The notes beneath the pieces are model-generated. The model searched no databases and was not told the origin of the DNA. It saw only the letters and a program-made list of their open reading frames with translations. A stretch of DNA of 63,909 nt, counting the filler, from Lenisia limosa (lineage: Eukaryota; Protista; Breviatea), in NCBI GenBank assembly GCA_001655205.1. It is 15 parts of 15 records of this genome, joined end to end, with 100 filler letters (N's around TTAATTAATTAA, not from the genome) between each part and the next. Parts side by side here need not be neighbours in the genome. Positions count along the whole stretch, not along the records: positions 24,779 to 26,457 come from LPNZ01004992.1; positions 26,558 to 31,768 come from LPNZ01006223.1; positions 31,869 to 33,424 come from LPNZ01005142.1; positions 33,525 to 39,056 come from LPNZ01006025.1; 11 more parts are not named here. One strand, written 5' to 3'. This document shows, piece by piece, positions 26,346 through 36,900 of the stretch (position 1 is the stretch's first letter; every line of letters starts with the position of its first letter). Position numbers and translations under genes: made by a program.

Positions 26346-29300
26346 GCTGGAGGTGTGAAAAGGGAAAATATATAAAACATAGCGGGTGCGGCTAGGATTA
26401 ATATAGATTTTGACACTCCTACGTGTATTTTGCGTCCTGCGCGGGGAGGTCCACGCGNNNNNNNNNNNNNNNNNNNNNNNNNNNNNNNNNNNNNNNNNNN
26501 NTTAATTAATTAANNNNNNNNNNNNNNNNNNNNNNNNNNNNNNNNNNNNNNNNNNNNGTTGGCTGACAACACACAATGTTTAATAACAACAAAATAAACA
26601 AAACCCATGCCAGTCGCTTCTGCAGCGCCGCATATAAATGAGCTCAATTAAAGGGTACGCATATCATATATAATATCTATAAAGCCATGGGGGTCACCAG
26701 CTGGTGGTAGCCACAATTGAAACATGATCAGATAAATATAATATGCACAATAATACAGTACCATTTTAGATGAGACTACAAGATGTGAGACCATTTAAGT
26801 TATCAACTAACTACATTGAGACATGTCAATCTCTCCCCCCACCCACCACTGCAGAGATTGGAAATTGGGTCGAGGTAGGCGGAAGGGAGGCATGATGTGC
26901 ATACGTTGCCAACTTCAGCAGCACAAAGGGGGTCATTTTCTGTAGCTGGGGGGGGGGGGGNNNNNNNNNNNNNNNNNNNNNNNNNNNNNNNNNNNNNNNN
27001 NNNNNNNNNNNNNNNNNNNNNNNNNNNNNNNNNNNNNNNNNNNNNNNNNNNNNNNNNNNNNNNNNNNNNNNNNNNNNNNNNNNNNNNNNNNNNNNNNNNN
27101 NNNNNNNNNNAGGTCGCTTCTGTACGGGGGGGGAGGACTAAATCAACTTCGTTCGTTTGAAACATATGAGAGATTGAAAACAAGACAAAACACATGAGGT
27201 ATTGAAAACAACACAACAGCATCTGTCGCATGTGTACATTTAAACGCAACCAGAAGGTTGTGGCATCAAAGCCCTTTTCCCAGTCCTTCCTATTTAGGTA
27301 TCATAAGCCCATCCCTTCACCCCAAATTGACTGAAAATCTCGACAAACCATCGACAAACATCCATTTCACTGGCATTTTCAGACCTTTGAAAAGCTACTT
27401 TCACTACTGATGCACACCCCACTTACCGTTTGTGAAAACTAGGAGTGCCAAAAGGACGGACAGGAGCAAACTAAAACTGCCCATTGCCTAATACCGTAAA
27501 AGGGGACAAATCATAGAATATCAAAAAAGGCACTGAACAAATCCCATTGAGTACAGAAGTAAAAAAAAAAACTGAAAGCGAAAAAATGAAAATTAGAAAA
27601 GAAAGATGACTTAGGCATCAAGGAGGAGGCTCCAATATCGCATTATGATCCATTCATGTATTAAACAAAGCATTTAATCGATATAGTCAAACTTTTGCCT
27701 TAGTCATTCCAGTGTAGGCACCCATTACAACTAATGAACAATCAATTAACCCCCCTCCCCCCCATTGGCTTTTCAGCATGGATTTTTGCATGATCTAAAG
27801 TATATCGATGAAACCAGCATCCAGAATAGCAGAAATAAACCACGTCTGAACCTGACCGAAGCCACCACTCTTATAGAGAGATATTGGATTATAGTATAAT
27901 ACTAATTCAACCAATCTTTTGCCCAAAACAGCCAGTAGTATCACCTTCAAAACTCAATATCACCGCTAAAGCTCATATATCACCTCTAAAGCTCAATATC
28001 ACCTCAAAAATATCAACGGGCTGAAATCAAATTCTATGCATCCGAAGGTTATTGGAACAAGGATGACAACATGGTATTTTCATTGATAATTTGCTGATAG
28101 GCTTATTAAATGATCTGAAATGGCTCTCAAAGTGAAATGAGCGTTGCTAGAGATTATGGAATTATGAAAGCTCAGAAATTGCGTTTCAACCCGTGTCAAA
28201 GAATTGACTATGAAGAAAGATACACGGCACCCTTCTTACCAATAGGGCCCTTAGTAGCTACCAACGCCTTGGCAGGATATAGTAAGCGGCTCGCTAACGA
28301 CCTCTTGGTACAGCTAAGTGAGATGACGTGATGGATGTTGGGGATGTTGAGAGTTGTTGATCTATAAGCTGCCCTCAATTCCTGTTCTTCCCTCTCTCAT
28401 TTATTAATATGAAATTAATATTAATATAATAATATAATAAATTACCAGGCGAACAAAAGAGAACAAGCGAAACCGCGCGCATCGACCGGACCTGGCACGA
28501 TCTAGTGATCTATGAGAATAGGCATGGGGTGTTATATTCTCCTTATAAGGAATGTGTTGATTCTCAGTTGATTCTACTGCTATAAAGAAGAAAAGAGAAG
28601 GATAGTGGAGAAAGAGATTAAAGGATAGAAGAAGAAGAAGAAGAAGGGGGACCATTTTCTTTTTCTGTCACCCTTCTGTTCCCCTTTTTCGTTTCCAAAT
28701 CACCCCCCTCATTTTTAATTAAAGTGAGTGAGGTGAGGAGTTAGTTTTTTCATAGTTTTTCCCTCAGTCGATACGATATATTATCTATCAATACATCAAT
28801 TTTCCTTTGTTGATCCCGTCACCAACACCCACAACGACTTTTGCGGACACACCCTCAACAAACATGATTGGTTGGTTGAAGGGATCTTTTGATTAATGTT
28901 TTGGTTTGAGCTCTCCTCTCCGTTTGGATTTGTGAATAAAAAACTCTGTCATTCTCTGGTCACCCTTTTCATTTCTTTCACCTTTCCATTTTTTTTTCCC
29001 TTAAGGGTGTGATGTCCTTCATACTACTCATTATTTGAACTTGAGTTTTGCAAGCTTATTAACCTGTTAGAATTTACCCCATGTGAATGGAGCTATCTTC
29101 ATGTAAAGAGCCGTGGACTGCAAACAAGGTAGCTATGTAAGAAATATTGTGAACTAATAACAAAACTGAAACCACAGGATTACCCAACAGATGCATTTCT
29201 CACAGCCACCCCCCCCCCTNNNNNNNNNNNNNNNNNNNNNNNNNNNNNNNNNNNNNNNNNNNNNNNNNNNNNNNNNNNNNNNNAGTATTACTGTATTTTA

Positions 29301-30011
29301 GAACAGAGAAAATTTGACCTACTTTTTTTGGTTGTTCTTAATATATGGCCACCCTAGACAAGTAACAAGTGTGAGAGGGTGAGTAAATAGTTATTTATAC
29401 CTGTGCGCCAATAAAAACAACATCAGTAATTACAGTATCAACAAGAAACAATATTATGAACATAAGGGTGACAGTCCTGAGACATTTCAACTGCAATGAT
29501 AGTCCAGTTCATCAATATTTACTTTTTAACAAAATATTGAAATTGAGAATATTATGAGACATTTTATCAGAACCGCTTCATTTTTATTGGTTTGGCATGA
29601 GGGTAGGAAATTGAACTGTCTGTCTCGACATTGATGACTGTGACTTAAAGTTATTTTCACTAACACCTCTGAAACGAATTGACACCCCTCCACGATGCTG
29701 CTGAGAGTAGTCACACTGAAACTGTCATATTAAAACAAAGTATCAAGCTTCCTCACTCGTTTAGAAGGGAGCAACAGCTCTCAAATTGGCCACAAAGTTT
29801 AAATGCTATGAAACAAAGGCCGTCCGCAGTAGATCCAGAAAATATCTATTTTTGTACTAGTATTTGATATGAATATCGATATGTAGCTTTTAGTTTGTAG
29901 TATGTGTATTATTCTGTTTGACGCAACCTTCCTCAATACAATTTAATCCATGGATTGTTATTGGTCTTGTTGAGTTGGAAACAACATTACAGTCAGTGAT
30001 AGAAATGTCAT

Positions 30012-30110
30012 TATCTTCACTCTGAGCTGACAATGTTGTTGACGTCTCCTCACTCTGAGCTGACAATGTTGTTGACGTCTCCTCACCCTGAGCTGACAAT
30101 GTTGTTGACG
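30012..30110 (-). repeat. 33-bp tandem repeat, about 3 copies, in frame as (S/P)TTLSAQ(G/S)E(E/D)T
   Basis: The unit ctctgagctgacaatgttgttgacgtctcctca is repeated inside ORF 29890-30225(-). Confidence 0.8.
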
Positions 30111-30924
30111 GTTTGTCATCCTTTTTGGCCATTTTTGAACAATTTTTAGTTGGGGTATCCAGTCGGAGAGTTTCACATTTTCCCATGTACGAAAAGAACA
30201 GTATAACATAGTACACAACTTTCATTGTGAAATACCTATTTGATCTAATTTGAATCTAATACTATATACTATATCATGTATGTATGATATTATTTTTTTT
30301 NNNNNNNNNNNNNNNNNNNNNNNNNNNNNNNNNNNNNNNNNNNNNNNNNNNNNNNNNNNNNNNNNNNNNNNNCAAAATTTGGAATATTGGTGATCCATAA
30401 GTTCCAAAGTGAGAACTGATGCTTCCAACCCAAGTGCTTTTTATTTTCAGGGCTTCTAAGTGCTTCCGAGACTTCAGTTGGACACCCTCAGTACACCAGA
30501 CTCACCAAGTATATAAACCAATACCACTTTTGAGTGGTGTACACAATTTCGAAGAGTGGAACCCCCTTGCGTATCTTGCGTGAAAAAAAAAAAACAACGC
30601 CCATAAAAAGCCGGGAAAAGCCTTTGTCTTGCACCTTAGTAAAATACGGGAGTCATTTAAATTTCCCCATTTTGATGTGGGTTTTTTGAATGTACATAGT
30701 ACGATAATTATATGATGAAGTAGTGCTGTAATATGTGTACATGTATATGTATGCCTTACGCGGACAAACCAAAAACCATCCATCCAAAATTGTTCCAACA
30801 TCATCAATCATTTTCGGTCAATTTACAAATAATAGGCATTAATAGCACCCAAGTAACTCACCTCAAAGAACTAATAGTACACTATATAAAAGAAAAACAC
30901 AAAATAAAAAAGAATTTTGGGGGT

Positions 30925-31594
30925 TTAAAGGACCGTGTGGCACAGAGGGCAGCATCTGCGGGGGGGGGGGGTNNNNNNNNNNNNNNNNNNNNNNNNNNNN
31001 NNNNNNNNNNNNNNNNNNNNNNNNNNNNNNNNNNNNNNNNNNNNNNNNNNNNNNNNNNNNACAATCGAAATACAACATTCCAGGGATGGGATACACATTT
31101 TGAAAAGTAACAGCAGTAAATCGAAATGGAAATGGGGGGGTGGGCTCATACTCATAAATAAAACTCTGAACAGTAGAGAACATGAGGAGTCAAAACCCTA
31201 CTTGAACTTTCGCGAGTCTCTTTCGAAAGCGTGATGGTGACAATTCGGGCATGTGAAGTGGTTCGTATCGAGAATTGGCGATCCTAAGGGGGTCGGGGGG
31301 TATTAGAGTGTATCGCCAAGACATTGCTATCCCTGATTTTTGTTTGTTGTTGAATGTTGTTTCTTACACGCAAAAAAACAAAAAACAATAGCTCCAATAC
31401 CCTTAATAAAGTGCACATCACCGGATATAATCCCAATTGCTGGAACTTCATGAAATCTTTGACTCCTCCAACCAGTAACAATGCATGGAGGGAATGGACG
31501 GCTGCACTGAATACACTGAGTATCCCAGGGCGCAATATCTCCTTCACATGCCGGGCAGCTGTGCGGCTCAAATTCGGGGTCAACCGGCTGGTGT
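30925..31594 (-). CDS. WDR35: IFT121/WDR35 (IFT-A complex), last three exons
   Basis: Exons 31473-31594, 31202-31283 and 30925-30955 splice (GT-AG) into SCPACEGDIAPWDTQCIQCSRPFPPCIVTG|SPILDTNHFTCPNCHHHAFERDSRKFK|CCPLCHTVL*. This aligns with the WDR35 C-terminal zinc-binding end (P-x-C-x-x-TG-x-PI...C-x-x-C-x-H...CPLCH). Confidence 0.82.
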
Positions 31595-31641
31595 CTGGGG
31601 GAAGGGTAAAAAGTGAGACAAACCCCATTGCGATTTTTCAT

Positions 31642-31740
31642 TAGGGTTTCACTTCGGTTCGAACAAGACAAGTAAAATATCGATAGTTTTCGAGGATTTA
31701 TCGAGAATTTCAGTCTTTTTCGAAACGAAGTGAAGCCCTA
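31642..31740. mobile_element. Family A MITE (hAT-type), full copy
   Basis: TAGGGTTTCACTTCGGTTCG ... CGAAACGAAGTGAAGCCCTA terminal inverted repeats, about 100 bp, no coding capacity. Confidence 0.85.
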
Positions 31741-31868
31741 CATATCATACTACTATTACCCCCCCCCCNNNNNNNNNNNNNNNNNNNNNNNNNNNNNNNN
31801 NNNNNNNNNNNNTTAATTAATTAANNNNNNNNNNNNNNNNNNNNNNNNNNNNNNNNNNNNNNNNNNNN

Positions 31869-32519
31869 GTCCCCCCTTCTTGCGAGGAACTTCGCGAGTA
31901 CCAGCCACTGGTGGGTGTTTTCTGGGGGAAGGGATAATGTGCGGGTGTTCAATACGCATCATCAAATTTCATGGGTTTCCCAGGTAAAACAATACCCCTC
32001 ACCCCTCACCAAAGTCGATACGCCGCTGCGGCGAAGGGGGCAGTGTGTGAGGGTTTCTGCTGTGTCCAAAAATTTCTCGAAAATCCTCGACAAGTCTTTT
32101 TTCAATCTTCTTTTCTTTGCATTGGCTCACCATATCATTTTTGAATTATAAACTAGCCGTTGCGTCTTTTCCAAATACTGGGTTCAGTCTTGGTTTTGTT
32201 TTACCATTTTTCCGATGGGATGCGGTGCTGCAGAAGCGACTGATCTGGCGTTTGTTTGTTTTGTTGTTATCAACCCTCGTGTGTTGCTTGCCAACAGAGT
32301 TGATTTTGGGCTCTTTTTTGTTTCGTACATTTTCCAATTTACCCCCCCCCCCCNNNNNNNNNNNNNNNNNNNNNNNNNNNNNNNNNNNNNNNNNNNNNNN
32401 NNNNNNNNNNNNNNNNNNTGCACCACCTCGCACGCCGCGCAACGTTAACCACCAAAATCCCAGACTTCTTCCACCTTCTCAAGGAAGATGATGAGTCGTG
32501 GATGGAGGAGTTTTTGTAA
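31869..32519 (+). CDS. Unidentified gene, 3' end
   Basis: Exons PPSCEELREYQPL, VKQYPSPLTKVDTPLRRRGQ and terminal LHHLARRATLTTKIPDFFHLLKEDDESWMEEFL* (TAA at 32517-32519). Confidence 0.45.
32213..32353 (+). repeat. Family B intronic repeat, most complete copy
   Basis: CGATGGGATGCGGTGCTGCAGAAGCGACTG...TATCAACCCTCGTGTGTTG...CCAACAGAGTTGATTTTGGG...TTTCCAATTTACCCCCCC. Homologous copies occur at about 15 other positions. Confidence 0.9.
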
Positions 32520-33239
32520 TTATTTCTTGGGTCTACTATTTATGGGTATTTAGCTTTTCTTCACGGGGGATTGAAAGTTTCAAACATTAAATAAAGCAAA
32601 CTCAGTTTTTTGGAAGGCAAACTTCACCATCACCATTTTTACCACCATAAGTACCATGACCATTATTTGGGTCATCTTTTCTTGGGACTAGAGAGCCAAC
32701 TGAGCTTGGCAATATTTCGCTGTAGAAGTTAAGGGAAGGATTCATCATTCCAGAGTTATAAAGTTGTTTAAATAGACAGAACGTTAAATCACGTATGAGT
32801 AACAAAAAAAAGGGGTGGTTGGATCCTGACACACAAACAAGAAGCCCAAAACCTACCAGTTTGGGTAAATTCGGCCCTTTTCTGCCTAGTTTTTCAGTAG
32901 GTATACCAGGGTTAAGCTTCACTCTAGATTGTAAGGATATGGAAGTCTGAACCAAGAAGAAATGTCTGGCCGAAGCCGTCCACTATCACAATAATTTCAG
33001 AGAGTCAAATTTTGATAATCTCAAATTTTGCCTAAGGGTAGTCAGGTCTAACGACAAGTCCGCTCGCTGCCCCCCCCCCCAACAAATATTACACGGCTCC
33101 ATGACCGTGTAATTAATTGTTTAAAGAAAGTCAATTCATTGAACAGAGCCCTGATTACACCCGCCCAGTGGAGAGTCCCCTCATACCAACATGAACCTTT
33201 TCCATAAATATTATCCCATTACACCCCAACCCCCACAAC

Positions 33240-33363
33240 TTGGGCTTCACTTCGGTTCGAAAAAGACTGAATTTCTCGATAGATCCTCAAAAACTATCTT
33301 GTAATAGTATATATACTATGAGATATTTTTTACCGGATTTTTTCGAACCAAAGTGAAGCCCTA
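33240..33363. mobile_element. Family A MITE with an AT-rich internal insertion
   Basis: Both TIRs present. Flanks CCCACAAC / CCCCCGAC match at 6 of 8 positions, consistent with a decayed 8-bp TSD. Confidence 0.8.
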
Positions 33364-33424
33364 CCCCCGACAAGTATCAATCTTCACGACTACCCCCGAC
33401 AAGTACCAATCCTCACGACTACCC
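33362..33424. repeat. 29-bp tandem repeat, just over 2 copies
   Basis: tacccccgacaagta(t/c)caatc(t/c)tcacgac twice, followed by taccc. Confidence 0.8.
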
Positions 33425-33702
33425 NNNNNNNNNNNNNNNNNNNNNNNNNNNNNNNNNNNNNNNNNNNNTTAATTAATTAANNNNNNNNNNNNNNNNNNNN
33501 NNNNNNNNNNNNNNNNNNNNNNNNCCAGCGAGTCGTTTGAGGGCAAATTGTATGGTAACGACCCAGTGACAGCATAGGACAACATCGCGTCTTTTCTAGA
33601 AGCAAATCAATGTGAGCAACATAAAGTATGGCATAATAATGGTTTCCTCTTCTGTATTTATAACACTTCCGAGCTCCTGTACCAAATGCAGAAGAGGATC
33701 TC

Positions 33703-33806
33703 AAATCTCAAACGACAGTTATATAACACTTCCTAGCTCCTGTACCTATCATATTTGGATATGATATAGGTACAAGAGCCCGGAAGTGGAATGTCGTTTG
33801 AGATTT
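33703..33806. repeat. Imperfect foldback palindrome of about 104 bp
   Basis: aaatctcaaacgaca...cacttcctagctcctgtacctatcata pairs with tatgatataggtacaagagcccggaagtg...tgtcgtttgagattt. The inner arm is also directly duplicated at 33660-33683. Confidence 0.8.
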
Positions 33807-33914
33807 TGGAATTTGAAAACCAGAATGAAGAATTTGAAACTCATTAATGTCTGATAAAACAATGGTTATTTCTGAATAATAAATATCATGCTAACATGTC
33901 TGTTTTTGGGTAGA

Positions 33915-36900
33915 ACACCTGGGGGTCTGATCTTGACACCTCCTTCCCGTTTATAAGAGCCTGGAATATCACTTGCACATTAGCTTCGGAGGGGAGTAAA
34001 ATTAGAAAATTTATGAAACAAAAAAAACACCCAAATCAACTCTGTTGGTTGACAACACACAAAGCTGGATAACACCAAAACAAACAAAGCCCAGACCAGT
34101 CACTTCTGCTGCACCGCTTCCCATCGTACAGGGGGGGGAGTGATTTGAATACTGGCATGGAGTCCTTCCTCCATAGTAAAAGAGCTTCAGCCTNNNNNNN
34201 NNNNNNNNNNNNNNNNNNNNNNNNNNNNNNNNNNNNNNNNNNNNNNNNNNNNNNNNNNNNNNNNNNNNNNNNNTGATGGCAAAGGAAAATGATTGTGTCG
34301 GTTTTGATGTTGATGTTCTAAGTCACAATTAGTTGTGGAAAGATAGAAAAATAATCCTTCAAGTTTATGAAATAGAGATGAGAATACAAACAAGGTTGTA
34401 TCATACCATATAAGATATTGGATTATACTATCTTATTAATTCACCCATTCATTTGTCATACCTCTGTTCACACATCTGTTTACGTATTGTTTAATAGCTA
34501 CAACAAACAAAACACAATCAAGAGCCCCAGCAAACAACCAATTTTCACACACCTTCGGAGCACATGCTTTCGGCATAAGCTGACCGTCAATTTCACTAAA
34601 TATCTCGACCTCGTACGCAGCATGAGGAAGGGCTAAAGAATGTAAGGGGGGGGGGGNNNNNNNNNNNNNNNNNNNNNNNNNNNNNNNNNNNNNNNNNNNN
34701 NNNNNNNNNNNNNNNNNNNNNNNNNNNNNNNNNNNNNNNNNNNNNNNGTAATAATAGTCTTCAGTACCTGCACCTCTTCCTGGATTTGTTGAGATTTGGA
34801 ACAGTGGCCAAGCAGATTATGAGGGAAGGGGGGATTTCGATAGTAGAAAATGGTGAAAAATATTGGGGGTAGCGGGCAGCCAAATCAGGGCTTCACTTCG
34901 GTTCGAAAAAAGACTGAATTTTCCTCGAAAACTACCCAAATTTTACTGAGTTTTTTTTGAACCGAAGTGAAGCCCTAACCATCACGGAAGTAAGATTTAG
35001 AACATAACTCATGGGGTACAGTGCGTTTGTGTGTTTTTTATGTTATGAATATATTTACCCCTCGCACGTTACAAGCCGGTTCTCCAAAACTGTTGTCAGT
35101 GGATGTGCATTTCACGTCCGTAAACTCCACATTAGCGGCGAGTGAATCAATCTAATTATTGTCAATAATCCATAGCTTGAAATCTAAACGCTTGTCAATA
35201 TTCAAAAATAGCATAGGATACCATATGTGAATGACTGCTCATCGTTCAATGACCTAATGTCTTCATCAAAATTTATGATTTACTAAAAAGGGTTCAAAAA
35301 AAGAGAGATATATAAAAGCTCACTTTGAGAGGAATAACCTCGGATGAAACAGAGTCGGAAATAAGAACAATAGTCGTGTCTTTCGGCGCTCTGACAATCA
35401 GAAAGGGAGAAAAAAAACATGAAAAAAGAGTAAAATCTACCAAAGAAATTGAAGGGGNNNNNNNNNNNNNNNNNNNNNNNNNNNNNNNNNNNNNNNNNNN
35501 NNNNNNNNNNNNNNNNNNNNNNNNNNNNNNNNNNNNNNNNNNNNTACAAGAGGAACTGATATAGCATAATACCCAGCAATATATAGCAATGAGAAATAGA
35601 AAATAAGGCCGAAGCCGTACACATAATAACTCGACACATATTCCTAAATAAGTGCGAGCGAGAGAGAAAAAAAATCAATCCCCAACAAGCAGATAATGAC
35701 TCAGCCCACTTACCCTTGAACACTAAACTGCAATGGGACGTTGGCAATACCATATTGATCCGTTGTGATATTGAAAGCAGTCTGCATCCGCTGAAATGGT
35801 CAAAACCTTGTATTGCATTTCACTATTTTCCCAACTATGGAATTTAAAGGCAACACATTGGGGTACACTGAAAAGAGGGAGGAGAGGAGGAGGAGGAGAG
35901 GAGGTGTGGACATTCTACTTCATATAGAACGTAAATAGAGAAGTATCAAATGATTATGACTTAGATAAAAAAATAAACCGCAAATAATGGGGAAAATCAA
36001 CCATGTGACAAAGTAATAAAACGACACATCAAAAAACAGAATCCAAGTTAAAAAAAAAAAAGAAGGGTAAAACAAAATCCAGGCAAAATGCTGCTGAGAG
36101 AACGTACCTTGTAATCCGGTCGAATACTCATTGATGTGTGCGTAATGCCGAAGTCATGGTTCTCTTGAGCGTAAAGAAGGGGAGAAAACATTTGGGAAGT
36201 TTTAGGACTCCATTTAGACACAATAATTGAATTCCGTTAAAATAATGCATTTATGCAATAAAATAATCGCAGTACTTCCTGAAAAAATGCACATTACAGT
36301 ATGATTTCTGCATACTAACTGTGTCTAATAAAAGAGTCACCATAATCCAAGGATCACAATCATATAACCTACTCCCTCTGATCTACCCATACAAGGGACT
36401 CATAGTAATTGTGTGTATTCTTGTGTATTTAGCAATATAGCAATATAGTATGAATATATGATTTATGTAGTATCATATCATATGTATAATCCCCCCCATG
36501 TTCATCTCAACAAAACTATCCATCTAATTCTGCTTATGAAGCTTTGCTCACCAATTGAGCGATGTACTACGAACACCATTCGGTTTGCAAGAGGCCTGTC
36601 TTTCGAATCCGTAACCTGGAATAGTGTGTAAGTTGAGTTAGGACTACATACAATATCCCTAATGTATGGCCGCATACCTTGGTTTTGATGAAGTACAATT
36701 CGCCTGGAACAACCACAGTTGGTACATCGGAAATAATGGAAACCTTGAAAGTAACGACATTCAAAGTTGGAAAAATATCTCGTGATTTTTGATGTCAAAC
36801 CGGTAAAATGAGACACTGTTCCTAAAATACTATCCTAATAAATCCCCCAAAAAAAAACACACACGCTCTCTCTCTCTCTCTAACACTTACTTACTTATAA

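Noticed and set aside
29683-29730. Ankyrin-like TPLHDAAESSHTETV
   Set aside because: It is a single isolated motif with no second repeat or convincing exon boundaries, so it is too weak to call.
31190-31210. Non-canonical splice donor in IFT121
   Set aside because: Careful reading shows a canonical GT at 31201 that gives the best alignment. I found no non-canonical intron in the genes I traced.
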